Part shown: piece by piece, positions 36,701-44,978 of the stretch | Layout of the letters: the number at the start of each line of letters is the position of its first letter | Numbering within the stretch: position 1 is the stretch's first letter | NCBI GenBank assembly: GCA_964588555.1 | Contig: CAZPPT010000004.1 | Span: 73,698-137,697 of the forward strand | Length of the DNA: 64,000 bases | Source of the DNA: Candidatus Micrarchaeota archaeon | GTDB lineage: Archaea > Micrarchaeota > Micrarchaeia > Anstonellales > Bilamarchaeaceae | Reading direction: 5' to 3' | Notes under the pieces: model-generated | What the model was told of the DNA's origin: nothing | Database searches by the model: none | Seen by the model: the letters and a program-made list of their open reading frames with translations, nothing else | Program-made: the position numbers and the translations under genes

Positions 36701-39337
36701 CGCTCTCACTATTTCCCGTGCAGCTTTTCCATCCTGTAGCGAAAGCGCATTTATCTTTTCGAGAGCGACTGCCTGCGGCTCAAGCCCCCGTTTTTGGAGG
36801 ATCATCGGTACGGTATCCCTGAGCGCACCAAGCTGGATCGTTGTCGCGTCCCGTCCAGTTCGGGCACCTCGCACATTTATCCGTATCGCGTCAAGCGTTA
36901 TCAATTTTCCGCTTTCAAGTGCCCCAATTGCATCTTCAGGACGGTCGCGCGCATAGTTTGCAAGCTGTACGAGCCTTCCGGCACTATCACGTACGATACT
37001 TGCAAATAGCCCTTCGCCCCGATGATAGCGCTCGCTTTCATCAGTCCGCTCCAGTGCGGAAAGCGCTTCGTTATAGAGCGTGACCGCAAGGTTCCAGCCA
37101 GCTGTTTTTTTCTGGTACGTTTCAAAAATTTTCGCCCCGTCTTCCGGTTTACTGTTTCGTATCATGCCTGCAAATGCGCGCATTTCATTGCGCAATTTTT
37201 CGATTTCAGGCATTACGGCCGCAACGCGTTCGCTTCTGGCTTTTTTTGCCTCTTCATCTTCATTTAATTGAACTGCCCCAAATTTCGCAAGATCGCGCTC
37301 CTGTCTTGCCACTGCATCAGTAATCATTCTTTTTTTGCTTTCCATTTCCTGGGCCTTTGCGGCATTTTGTACATATGTTATAAGTTCTCCTTGCGCCTTT
37401 CTCCAGCTTATTGTTTTGCCCATCCGTGCATACCCTTCAAGTTCGCTTACTCGTTTTTTGATTTCCGTCTGTACGGCTTCGCTATCAAAGTACGCAAGTT
37501 TTTCGTCTTTTCTTTCACGTCCGGATCCGTTTTCCACAAGCAACGCGCGCGTTTTTCGTATCGCATCCTTTTGACCGGCGGTGTTGATGGTAAGTCCCAC
37601 TATGTCAAGAATACGTGCCGCCTTTACAAGTTCTTCTTCCTGAACGAATTTCTGCGCCCTTCTTAGTTCTTCCTCCTGCCTTGGTGCGATTATTGCATAG
37701 ATCGGGTTTTCACGTGCCATTTCCTTACTTGCGGTACGAAGTTCTTGTATTGCCCTTAACAAAATTTTCTGATTATTTTGTTTTAGGCGCGTTTCTTCAA
37801 ACCGGTTAAATGCATCAATTGCCCCTTTGAGCGTTTCATTACTTTGCGCAAGCAACGCTTGTTGTCCCGGCCCTATCTTGCCCTCTTCAATGATCGTTGC
37901 AGCCGCATTTGACATTCCTTGTGCCGCCGTAAGAAATCCTTCCTTACCTGCCCCCTTGCGGTTTGCAATACATTCAAGGGCACCACCAAGTGCCACTGCA
38001 CCCTGTGCCGAAATGCGCAAAAGTTCAGCCCCTCGTTCAAACGACTCGTCAATTGAATGAGCGTTTTTTGTAAGCGCAGTCCCCTCCTGTATGATCCTTC
38101 TAATTACGGTTAGCCTGGGTGCTATTTCGTCAATGTCAGCATCCCTTACTTTTTTCATATTCGCTTCTAGTTGGGCGAGTGTCCGTTCGACTGCATGCGC
38201 TTCCAGTTGCATCCCCTGTTTTGCAATCTCAAGCTGGAGGCGGAGTACCCGGCTTGCACTTGCCTCTCCCGGTTCGTCCATTGCCCCTTCTTTTTCTGCA
38301 AGGAGGTGCGCAACCGTTATATCTTTTTGCCGAGCTTCTGCAAGTAAGGGGGCGGTCCTTTCAACATACTCAATTGTTTCCTTTGTGCCTGCTTTATTCG
38401 CCTGCGCTGTAACATACAGCTGCGCAAGGTCAAGTGAGATGCATGCATCAATTCGGTTTTCCTCTTTAGCAAACTCAATTGCAAGCGCGTAATACCCATC
38501 AAGAACCTCTTGCGCACCCTTGTCCTTTAGCTGTACTTTTTGTGCATATACCTGTGTAATGCCATCAATTACCCCATATGTAATTTCGCCCTTTGCAAAT
38601 GTTTCGCTTAGTGTAAGAATTTCTTTCTTATCCGTTTCTTGAGCTGTTGTATAGAGAGAAGCAAGTCCTGTGTGTACAAATGCTTCTTGTTCCTTTCCTT
38701 CCTCAATTGCACGGCGCGCCCGCCCATAAAATGCATCAATTGCCCCGCTATCTTTTTCAGGGGCACGTGCCTTTAGCGTTTCTGCCTCTTGTGAGAGCGC
38801 ATCTGCCATTCTCTTTTGATGTATGCCTATAATTTGCACTTCTGATTTTCCCTCAAGTGATACAATAAATTCTTCTAGTGTGCGTGTGTCTTGTCCGCTT
38901 TGTTTACGGGCAAGGATCTCATGTCCATAATTAAGGATCGTTGCCGACCCGCCATCAAAGTCATGCGCATATTTGTTTGCCGCACTCCCAATTATTTTTA
39001 GCGCCCCTTGGGCTGCTTGTGCCGTTTGCAGTTCACCATAAAGTTTCAATACGTTTCCGATCTGCACTACGGCTGCAAGCGCATGTTCTGCCTGCGCAGC
39101 GTTTCCATTTTTATGAAGCTCTCGTGCATGGGTAAGTAGTTCATATCCCCGTTTGTACGTTTCCTGAAGCGGCCACCGCGCACTTTCACTTTTTAGTTGT
39201 TCGACTGCTTGTTCCGCTTGCCCTATGCTTGCTTGGATCCGTGCCTTTGGGTCACTGTGCGGCATTCCAAGTTCAGACGGTAGCCCTTTAAGGAGTTTTT
39301 CTGCCTCATCAATTCTTTCTGCAAACGTCGGCGCCAT
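30740..39337 (-). CDS. Giant protein (2865 aa). It is predominantly alpha-helical and rich in A/E/K/Q/R, with a central Gly-rich hydrophobic segment and a more globular C-terminal region of about 700 aa. There is no N-terminal signal peptide. Function unknown.
   Basis: Uninterrupted 8.6 kb ORF, too long to arise by chance. The five other frames hold only short low-complexity ORFs. The segment GIGLGIAGAKF...GTGLLGGGLVLGASTIATNMGAY is encoded at about 35990-36200. Confidence 0.8.
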   Translation of the reverse strand: MAPTFAERIDEAEKLLKGLPSELGMPHSDPKARIQASIGQAEQAVEQLKSESARWPLQETYKRGYELLTHARELHKNGNAAQAEHALAAVVQIGNVLKLYGELQTAQAAQGALKIIGSAANKYAHDFDGGSATILNYGHEILARKQSGQDTRTLEEFIVSLEGKSEVQIIGIHQKRMADALSQEAETLKARAPEKDSGAIDAFYGRARRAIEEGKEQEAFVHTGLASLYTTAQETDKKEILTLSETFAKGEITYGVIDGITQVYAQKVQLKDKGAQEVLDGYYALAIEFAKEENRIDACISLDLAQLYVTAQANKAGTKETIEYVERTAPLLAEARQKDITVAHLLAEKEGAMDEPGEASASRVLRLQLEIAKQGMQLEAHAVERTLAQLEANMKKVRDADIDEIAPRLTVIRRIIQEGTALTKNAHSIDESFERGAELLRISAQGAVALGGALECIANRKGAGKEGFLTAAQGMSNAAATIIEEGKIGPGQQALLAQSNETLKGAIDAFNRFEETRLKQNNQKILLRAIQELRTASKEMARENPIYAIIAPRQEEELRRAQKFVQEEELVKAARILDIVGLTINTAGQKDAIRKTRALLVENGSGRERKDEKLAYFDSEAVQTEIKKRVSELEGYARMGKTISWRKAQGELITYVQNAAKAQEMESKKRMITDAVARQERDLAKFGAVQLNEDEEAKKARSERVAAVMPEIEKLRNEMRAFAGMIRNSKPEDGAKIFETYQKKTAGWNLAVTLYNEALSALERTDESERYHRGEGLFASIVRDSAGRLVQLANYARDRPEDAIGALESGKLITLDAIRINVRGARTGRDATTIQLGALRDTVPMILQKRGLEPQAVALEKINALSLQDGKAAREIVRAYSAAMLASLGYTPVSGTNRYEKMSLTQEQQKTYNLAYATLWANVQTFLTAASLTSVFNAEERKGMYRQALAQAKETGQITGSITKNNDPFLQQQLRGRLRRGAATAESSIASLYKRGQEIESTVRAVRVGTEFVAANIANVLSGGTLSPVIAAYYATSGSIDYYSQIQTAGASGLTAEQHALSLAGIGLGIAGAKFSAATELGLIAQGSRTARVIGTGLLGGGLVLGASTIATNMGAYQAGQMGLAEALVTGFSSAQSAMQVSATRVLGTRYAGLMTSEARSARAFRAAAGLVFGASKGEFERQQAMALEQARTQAYRASSKEVRTGYAQLEHLIGRALTDEESVAILGRYNAKGVFDVAEAAALVNGYYTKNRDTGNLFSETMDFNEYIARVPIGRKVEQAAPQKAIMPQEATEPSAQTVVDRLREHAKKARERARGIIFPESMIERRFARIGAVGNLKDAKARIIQEEVGSVLRMVAEAEQLPAQERRKVYARAIAELEVAALRGGEGGLDTAAYRARLEEVKRTYQSIAEGSEKPRAKPPTRISAAIKKAREAGAQAASDSIAATKAEEDAGVKKMHSVGSQYTVYTDAAWEGIKQFVKTFVSEMKPGASASAVEQRIRNVAEQIVAARNDPQKLQSLPRAIQEAARMLPKGNLSKGDLQRAAMAAKNIVADEIKQEPVTKVISLDEVRRQREAQKSARVPIGRIEPKPRSEETRGAVKDEPVAKIIPIEPRDRSTERTRVDFTPPKPREEPTVVIKPEATVAMQPEAPPTLRTQAQSARERFLKRVFGVTTDELRKEGVTHNARATRNGTRYEFEYMENGQKVRKTISEDEIRTGRFDKESFFAWLKGTKPKEAQTQRAAQSTEEMADALMALNLQAQAQRMVRRAVGDERTEWQPVTIGIDKDENVINASNTRPERMIQVDIDPKSGRMRPVGTVPERMQRSIDAYNERVDAGQKKREPTLRVVEKTKEIDLESGETLSGKLVPDEGSDPTIAQRTEEGELRYERTEQIRSRVQPPIGEETAREREMTHVGRMPRQEPNVDSERLQWENAFTSRSVDEEGKERFILTGRDATHTLSRADAEEVIARISEAEQIVRDKKSIDDVSPEKAGTVENLANKPLFKVAAGAVAENARQIGLIDGRLKILSGIKRKNGKQKEEVANLKRRRRDHVRQIDEFRRAMLAMAIEEYESAGEVTITGGKLPRQAPVEKTAVVRVREETARIAQKPKERRTTMPEKNVPVRQSRMHGTQAPRTGTVPEFAPPTKKRVEQPVLPETTAKPAQRTFRQRLREIKERIAATARETRQTIGRLLRRRARTPPVVQNELEGLRALEGTLGTKRGFLTREYTASATREVSTSELNDLSGLMEAYATAKPLLEKKRNNTVWGTLTEEQQMEINRGLKRWDALSNEEKSIGAALYGRFGEKGPTDAQLISFIREEEARFVVFDQLENMGVRFGEGLGPNIIGNQRRARLLAILTTGQLLDALSPTAGAGTKIIGVNHTNQIGSAEQGYATDRGAFSVTLQRKDGKRETVYIKEQNLTPEATGAKASLISNMPAPETITRIGGRPLAFVDPLTGQKVTYGVSKSINDFQGKVSFESKTGTKGRAIKVKTMLASELNDLKTEGNKALRDIVMNNQDTLFEELGYAYAGSISSGAWDRRNANLVIMALEVTGRADVAWLKSNGYKVLEVPSGEGTKTVVLKFGNIDNDSFADFHIKVNGDGTLDDSMLIERVGGEDMLRFFVELTRQTNSEYGSTHSIADIAGRAFGEHNDGPLMRGAARWYRGVGSTPAYRRSMTRHFKDNDGKQYGVGRRLTQAQLDQLARDETPSEPRPSNGMDRYVMTDTEGRSTLVAEKTITAKDGEKIKVGVIPVFDQFLRQNGADDFAGTMGRLHDEVLVSERAENLRLLYMQVRGNETEIAKLSGEEARNVRAFDKHLNDTYGSDTMDQFAKNGVLNQAVLVFRRDAKQVLQSLEKPTVPPPAPT

Positions 39338-39341
39338 ATGA

Positions 39342-39584
39342 TCAGCTAAGTTCGCGCAGCATGCCGTGCAACTCTATAAGCATGATCGGCCGTGCATCCT
39401 GTGTAGTCTGTAAAAAATTGCCCCTCCAGTTTTCAAGCCGGTCCTTCCATAAAACGAGGCGCTCAAAGCGCGCTTTATAGCGTACCTTGGTTTTTGTATC
39501 GAGGCGTTCCCAGTCTTTCATGACTGTGTCTATGGATGAAAGCGCCTTGTCAACTAAGAAAACTGCTTCTTCCTCTGAATCCAT
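39342..39584 (-). CDS. Small hypothetical protein (80 aa), translationally coupled upstream of the giant gene
   Basis: Its stop lies 4 nt before the giant gene's ATG. Confidence 0.45.
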   Translation of the reverse strand: MDSEEEAVFLVDKALSSIDTVMKDWERLDTKTKVRYKARFERLVLWKDRLENWRGNFLQTTQDARPIMLIELHGMLRELS

Positions 39585-39618
39585 GAGTAAGTATCAGAAG
39601 AAAGTTTTTTATTGGTGG

Positions 39619-40149
39619 CTACTTAGCATTAAAAGATGCAATTTTTGAGTAGTGGGGCCCCGAGGCAGTAAGGACGCTTTCCTTAAGCATAAAATCGGTG
39701 CATTCGAATGCCCCAAAATCGGTATGTGCGTATTTTTCAAGAAACGATTGTAAATCAAGTTTTCGCTTTACCCGTGCAATGGTAATGTGTCCTTTAAACG
39801 GTTCCTGCCCACATTCGCGTGCGAGTGCATTATTTACATTATCCGCAAGCAGTTCGAGTTCTTTACCTTTCGCGCCCGCCCATATGACCTGCACATGCCG
39901 TTCGTTTGGAAACACGCCGATCCCATGCACGTTGATTAAAAACGGGTCGAACGAAACTGTCTTGAGCACCCCTCTTACTTCCTCAACTTTTTTCCCGTCA
40001 ATCTCGCCAAGGAATTTAAGCGTGAGGTGGAGATTCTCCTTTCCCACTAATTTTATTCCGTCACGAGGTAATTCCTCCTGCACTTTTGCAAGTTCGTCGC
40101 GAATCGGTTCAGGAAGTTCAATTGCAATAAAAGAGCGCATGTCATCCAT
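39619..40149 (-). CDS. ligT: RNA 2',3'-cyclic phosphodiesterase / 2'-5' RNA ligase (2H phosphoesterase)
   Basis: Two H-x-T/S-x motifs (HLTLKF, HITIAR). Confidence 0.75.
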   Translation of the reverse strand: MDDMRSFIAIELPEPIRDELAKVQEELPRDGIKLVGKENLHLTLKFLGEIDGKKVEEVRGVLKTVSFDPFLINVHGIGVFPNERHVQVIWAGAKGKELELLADNVNNALARECGQEPFKGHITIARVKRKLDLQSFLEKYAHTDFGAFECTDFMLKESVLTASGPHYSKIASFNAK

Positions 40150-40408
40150 CTTCTTTCACAAAGTCCTTAATCCCTTTTCCTTTTGGAAACGCCGTTCCAA
40201 GTGGCGAACGGGCCGGAAGCTGGAACTGTTCTGCAAGTTTTGTCAGGTCAATTGGGGGGATTTTTGCATTTGTTGTTAAAATAAGTGCCGTGCCGTAGGG
40301 CGTCCTTTCTTCAGTTACGGCAAGCCTATGCCTTTGAATGATCCCTGCAAGGCGAATGCGGACGTCAACAAACCCTGTCTTTAGAATTTCTTCTTTTGTC
40401 GGTTCCAT
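40142..40408 (-). CDS. Hypothetical small protein, 8 nt overlap with the ligT start
   Basis: ORF in an operon arrangement with ligT. Confidence 0.35.
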   Translation of the reverse strand: MEPTKEEILKTGFVDVRIRLAGIIQRHRLAVTEERTPYGTALILTTNAKIPPIDLTKLAEQFQLPARSPLGTAFPKGKGIKDFVKEDG

Positions 40409-40441
40409 AAAGAAAAATAGTAATAAGAAGTATTTAATTAC

Positions 40442-41020
40442 CTATGAGGAAAATGAGCGCGGCCTACGGGATTGTGGCATGCGCGGTTGTTCGACCCGTT
40501 TTATTGTCGTGAATGTTCTTACGGGTTTCTCTGCAATGCGTGCACGATTTTTATCAGCCATTTGATCTGCGCGCTCTTTTCGTCGTGCCGAATCTTGCAG
40601 TATAAAATCCTTAACGCCCCGCGGGGTTTGCGGATCCCTAAAAAGATCCACAATCTGAGTTCTTTTATCCTTTTTGCTATACATGGTGACTAACGCTGTC
40701 CCTGCCTCGACACGTATCGATTCATCGATAGCTGGATCCTTTGTCATTTGTTCAAGAACCACGGTATCTTTTCTTTTTACCGCTGCACTTACCGCGCCCT
40801 TTCCCGCAGCCTCCTGTAAGGTTGCGCTTAATTTATCGTTTTTATGCCATTCGATAAGGATGTCCGGTACTCCTGCATTAACCATGAGCGCAATTGCACC
40901 TTTCCCTGCTTCTTCCCTTACCTGTTTATTGGTTGTCCCTTCGAATATCCCAAATAGTGCGTCGATATCATCATTTGCTATAGCCTTCCGTACTGCTTCC
41001 ATTTCATTTATGCGTGCCAT
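40442..41020 (-). CDS. Hypothetical protein (192 aa), alpha-helical with a basic C-terminus
   Basis: ORF with no recognised domain. Confidence 0.4.
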   Translation of the reverse strand: MARINEMEAVRKAIANDDIDALFGIFEGTTNKQVREEAGKGAIALMVNAGVPDILIEWHKNDKLSATLQEAAGKGAVSAAVKRKDTVVLEQMTKDPAIDESIRVEAGTALVTMYSKKDKRTQIVDLFRDPQTPRGVKDFILQDSARRKERADQMADKNRARIAEKPVRTFTTIKRVEQPRMPQSRRPRSFSS

Positions 41021-41102
41021 GTAGTATCACCTAGTTATAACTAGTAATTAAAATGAGCAAAAGTATTTTTAAATGTATGCCAAAAAGTGGATTTATGTGT
41101 AT

Positions 41103-41804
41103 CTATTTGAGGAAGCGGATATCTTCGCCCTGTTTGATGCTGACGGTCGTTTTTGGCTTTAACCGCTTGATATATATACCATCGATAATCAAATCGCTTG
41201 AGCGGTCCGCACTCACGGTTATCCCTGTATTTTCGCCCATAATTATCGGCTGAATTGTGCGCTTATACGGGCATATGGGGACCACTTGGATTTTTCGAGC
41301 ACTTGTTTTTAGAATCTTACCGCCTGCCGAATATGCATATGCAGTCGAACCCATTGGTGTTGCGGTAATAATTCCGTCCCCTTCAAACAAATAACTCGAA
41401 CCATTCATTCTCATCGATACAGTAATAACGCGGTAATCATGTGTATGAAGCACTACATCATTGAGTACGGAAAACTGTTTTTTTCCAACCTCCACGGTGA
41501 GCGTTAAACGTTTTTCAGTACGCCCATCTGCGAGTATCGAAATTATCCCTTTTTTCCAATTATCCTTTCGTAGCTGGCAAAGCGCACTGGTCTTACTTCC
41601 AATCCCAAGCACCGCGCCCTGTATTCTTTTTTGGTGGTTCGCATAAAAAATTGTCCCGTCCCCGCCTATGCAGATCGTCGCGTCTACATTTCGGTGCGCA
41701 ACTAGAAAACCGTGTGATTGAAGGTTGTGCGCAACTTTCTTTGCAAGTACTTGTGCCCATTCCTTTCGATAATTGGGGAGGATACGAATACGCCTTATTT
41801 TCAT
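41103..41804 (-). CDS. nadK: NAD kinase
   Basis: GGDGT motif (ICIGGDGTIFYA) and the C-terminal ATPMGSTAYAYSAGG motif. The ATG at 41804 is preferred over 41840. Confidence 0.8.
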   Translation of the reverse strand: MKIRRIRILPNYRKEWAQVLAKKVAHNLQSHGFLVAHRNVDATICIGGDGTIFYANHQKRIQGAVLGIGSKTSALCQLRKDNWKKGIISILADGRTEKRLTLTVEVGKKQFSVLNDVVLHTHDYRVITVSMRMNGSSYLFEGDGIITATPMGSTAYAYSAGGKILKTSARKIQVVPICPYKRTIQPIIMGENTGITVSADRSSDLIIDGIYIKRLKPKTTVSIKQGEDIRFLK

Positions 41805-41855
41805 ATGTCTTTTAGGAGGGGGAAGAAATATAAATGTCAATAATAAACTAGTACT

Positions 41856-42371
41856 ATGATCTTTAGCGACGTTGACATCAAGGCGCTTCTTGCGTCCGGC
41901 GAACTAAAAATCGTCCCGCTTGCATATGATCAGATCGGCGGTGCAAGCATCGACCTTACCCTCAGTGACGAGTGGTACGTATTTAAGAAAGGGTATCTGG
42001 GCTCTCATGTTGATTTGAAAAAAGTCGATTTCAAACGCGCGATGAAAAAGGTAAAATCACGGTCAATTACGCTTAAACCCCAGGAAATGTGTCTTGGGAA
42101 AACGCTTGAAAAGCTGACGCTACCAACATATGTCATGGGAACGCTTGAAGGGCGTTCCCGCTATGCGCGCATGGGCCTTGCAGTGCATATCACAAGTGCG
42201 CTTGTGCAGCCGGGAAGCGACAACCATCAGGTTCTTGAGATCGTCAATTTCGCCCCCTTTGCCGTGACGCTCCATGCAGGCATGCGCATCTCGCAGGTTG
42301 TATTCGAATACCTCACGTCGCCGACCTCAAGGCCGTATGCGCGCTTTGGGACAATCGCAAAAAAACAGTGA
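41856..42371 (+). CDS. dcd: dCTP deaminase (dUTPase superfamily)
   Basis: MIFSDVDIKALL...GASIDLTL... GRSRYARMGLAVH... matches the dCTP deaminase family. Confidence 0.7.
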   Translation: MIFSDVDIKALLASGELKIVPLAYDQIGGASIDLTLSDEWYVFKKGYLGSHVDLKKVDFKRAMKKVKSRSITLKPQEMCLGKTLEKLTLPTYVMGTLEGRSRYARMGLAVHITSALVQPGSDNHQVLEIVNFAPFAVTLHAGMRISQVVFEYLTSPTSRPYARFGTIAKKQ

Positions 42372-42375
42372 TTTT

Positions 42376-43014
42376 ATGAAAATGAGTACCGTTGCCCAGT
42401 ACGCGATTCTTTCGTTTGTCGTCTTCATTATTATCGTCATATTTGGGGGGATGATCTTTACCCCTTCATTTCCCGATGAATTTACCTTTAATGAAGAACC
42501 GCTTGTTAAGAACACCAAGTTGCAGATCCGGCCAAGTGAGCTTTATTCATACGTCTATACTGTAAATGGAACAAACAATACGCTTTCATTTCGAACCGGG
42601 CAGGCGCCCGACTGTGTCTTTATCCAGGTCGTTGAGGCAGTAAACAGGACTGGCACGTGCGTTGACGCTGATGGGAATGACCGTCTTGGAAGCAATGCAA
42701 CCCTTGCAGTGCCGTTTATCACCTTTTTTAAGCCATGGATGCTTGCCGTTCGTGATGGGTGGGAGTGGGGTGTGAACATGACCATAAATGCGACAGGTGG
42801 CGAATTGGTACTAAAGACATTTAAGTATGAGGTAGTGGGGGCTCAAACCATTCACGGGCGCGATAGCTTTGTCGTACGCATCGGCTCAAATGAAGTTGGC
42901 GAGGAGATCGTTACAACCTGGGTCGACAAGGAAAAACGGGTAATGCTTCGGGAAGAAGGGCCAAACTATAATGTGACGCTTGTACGTTCCCCGTTTTTTA
43001 ATGCATCGGGCTAG
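42376..43014 (+). CDS. Hypothetical membrane-anchored/secreted protein (N-terminal TM helix)
   Basis: MKMSTVAQYAILSFVVFIIIVIFGGMIF. Confidence 0.4.
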   Translation: MKMSTVAQYAILSFVVFIIIVIFGGMIFTPSFPDEFTFNEEPLVKNTKLQIRPSELYSYVYTVNGTNNTLSFRTGQAPDCVFIQVVEAVNRTGTCVDADGNDRLGSNATLAVPFITFFKPWMLAVRDGWEWGVNMTINATGGELVLKTFKYEVVGAQTIHGRDSFVVRIGSNEVGEEIVTTWVDKEKRVMLREEGPNYNVTLVRSPFFNASG

Positions 43015-43019
43015 GGGGA

Positions 43020-43199
43020 TTAATTTTCCTCTTCCCGTAATACGCCAAGCGGGAGTACTCCTTTCTCATACTCGAGTGCGGCAATTTCTATGAAGTTCTT
43101 TGGCTGTTTTTCCAGTTTTACGACAGGTGGTGCGCCAAGTGAAAGCTGGAGTGCGCGTGCGCCAATGAGCCGGGCTAGTTCGTATTTAGTCAGTTCCAT
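43020..43199 (-). CDS. rpoK: DNA-directed RNA polymerase subunit K (Rpb6/RpoK-like), 59 aa: MELTKYELARLIGARALQLSLGAPPVVKLEKQPKNFIEIAALEYEKGVLPLGVLREEEN
   Basis: This ORF is not in the supplied ORF track because it is shorter than 60 aa. The KYE.ARLIGARALQ.S.GAP...A..E...G.LP motif is diagnostic of archaeal RpoK / eukaryotic Rpb6. Confidence 0.7.
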   Translation of the reverse strand: MELTKYELARLIGARALQLSLGAPPVVKLEKQPKNFIEIAALEYEKGVLPLGVLREEEN

Positions 43200-43246
43200 A
43201 AGTAGTCACCATATTCTACTAATTAGTAATCAGAAGTGTTTAAAAA

Positions 43247-43924
43247 TCAATTGACTGGGCTTTTGGGTGGCCGGTAATTGATAATTTCGTCTAATTGGGG
43301 AAGCCCGTTAATCTCTATTGCCATTTTATCAAAAAACTCTCCCGCTTTTCCGGCAAGTTCTTGTACATGTGCAAGTTCGTCTTGCGCATGGCCTGAGCTG
43401 ATATATTCCAGTGCGTTTTTCCTGCCTATCCTTCTTAAGTTAACCCGTAGCGCATATGCCCCCGCACTTATTACTGCGACAGCTGCGCCCATAAGCGGGA
43501 AATCCATAACTGCTGCGAATATCCCTCCAGCAACCGCGATTCCTTCAAACGGCACCGGCAGCAATCCTCTTGTATGATCCTCAAATGCCATGTTAAATCG
43601 CCCTGCCTTTTTTTCAAATTGGCTTGGCGGGGCATCTGCCTCATTTATACGGAACCCGCATATGTTTTGGATGGCATGCCCGTTTTTTTCTGCTGTTTGA
43701 AAGAGGGCCGTAGGGCTAGTTCTATTGTTTAAAACACCGTTTCGTACCATCTCATTTGCAATGCGTTCTTTGCCCTCTTCGAGTTGCCGATGGTTCTTAC
43801 GAGCAAAATCAAGAAATGCGCTTCGCGCACTTTCCACTTCTTTTTTTAGTCGGGCATATTCTTTCCCATATTCGCCAAATTTTTTTTGTGCTGCCAAATA
43901 ACGGGTAGTTTTTGATTTAAACAT
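43247..43924 (-). CDS. Hypothetical protein with a hydrophobic Gly/Ala-rich segment
   Basis: ORF with no recognised domain. Confidence 0.4.
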   Translation of the reverse strand: MFKSKTTRYLAAQKKFGEYGKEYARLKKEVESARSAFLDFARKNHRQLEEGKERIANEMVRNGVLNNRTSPTALFQTAEKNGHAIQNICGFRINEADAPPSQFEKKAGRFNMAFEDHTRGLLPVPFEGIAVAGGIFAAVMDFPLMGAAVAVISAGAYALRVNLRRIGRKNALEYISSGHAQDELAHVQELAGKAGEFFDKMAIEINGLPQLDEIINYRPPKSPVN

Positions 43925-43949
43925 AAAAATTAACTAAATATAACATTTT

Positions 43950-44873
43950 TTAAACAGATGCCGTTTTGTCCTGATCAAGGAGCTCAAACATCCTTCTAAC
44001 CATGTCCGGGTTCAATATCGGCTTTTCAAATTCGACCGTGTCATCTACAATGCGTGGACATGCGGTGTTTACGTAGCAGTCAAATGCCCTGAAATTGTTA
44101 AGCGTGATCGGCTCAAGCTCGTTTGCAACCAAAATCGCAGCCTCGCGTCCCCGTTTTTCAAGCTCTTTCTTTATGTTCTCGGCCTGCGCGACATTGAACT
44201 GGCCGACCTTGGTGCTTACTAAAATTGCAAAGCGTTTGGCAGTCAGTGCTGCAACTAACGATGCATTTCGCCGTTTGTGGAGGCGCTCGATGTCTTCATT
44301 TACCTGATTTAGTTCGCGCGTCGTCGGATTAAATGTAAAAACCGGTTTTTTACTCTCTATTGCCAGTGGGTGGAACATTCCATCACCAACGTAAACAACT
44401 GCCTCAATCTGTCCCTCAAGCTTCTTAACTGATAACGCATCGCAGCCAAGAATCTGGCCTTGCGCGTGTGCCCAGTAACCAGTACTTGTAAGTGCAGTAA
44501 TCCCATTTTTTGCAAAAACCTCTTTCATTGCCTCAATTTGGTGAGAATGCTGGACCGTCGTCACGAGCGCGATTGTTTTTATTTTTTTATTACCCAACTC
44601 GCGCGCAAGCTCATTAATCGCTTCAACATCTATATCAACATAGTACGGAACGTACTCAACTGGGATCGAAAGTTCTGTTTTCACAAACTTGTTATGCCCA
44701 AAATGGATTATCTTTTCTGCCTTGATCCACTCTGCCTCGTCAAGCGCAATGTCGCATGCACCGTAACAAGGTGAAGCTGAAAGAAAGACCGTGTGCCCCT
44801 CTTTCTCATGCTGCTTTGCTAGCTCGACTGCCTTTTGCTTTAATCCTTCTGGAAATTGTAAAAGTATTCTCAT
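43950..44873 (-). CDS. dph2: Diphthamide biosynthesis enzyme Dph2 (2-(3-amino-3-carboxypropyl)histidine synthase)
   Basis: MRILLQFPEGL... and conserved Cys residues. The archaeal Dph2 architecture is about 300-340 aa. Confidence 0.7.
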   Translation of the reverse strand: MRILLQFPEGLKQKAVELAKQHEKEGHTVFLSASPCYGACDIALDEAEWIKAEKIIHFGHNKFVKTELSIPVEYVPYYVDIDVEAINELARELGNKKIKTIALVTTVQHSHQIEAMKEVFAKNGITALTSTGYWAHAQGQILGCDALSVKKLEGQIEAVVYVGDGMFHPLAIESKKPVFTFNPTTRELNQVNEDIERLHKRRNASLVAALTAKRFAILVSTKVGQFNVAQAENIKKELEKRGREAAILVANELEPITLNNFRAFDCYVNTACPRIVDDTVEFEKPILNPDMVRRMFELLDQDKTASV

Positions 44874-44978
44874 AGAATTCGTACTACTATTATAATTAAA
44901 TTCATTTTTAATCGTTTGTAGTCACAACTATGGCATTGCAAAGTCAGGCATGTTAGGTTCATATCCCTAAATTTCTGC

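Noticed and set aside
30844-39135. About 30 plus-strand ORFs of 60-300 aa (for example 33846..34766, 32862..33680, 31070..31744)
   Set aside because: All lie antisense to the single uninterrupted 8.6 kb minus-strand ORF. Their translations are Ser/Ala/Cys/Arg-rich low complexity, as is typical of antisense frames.
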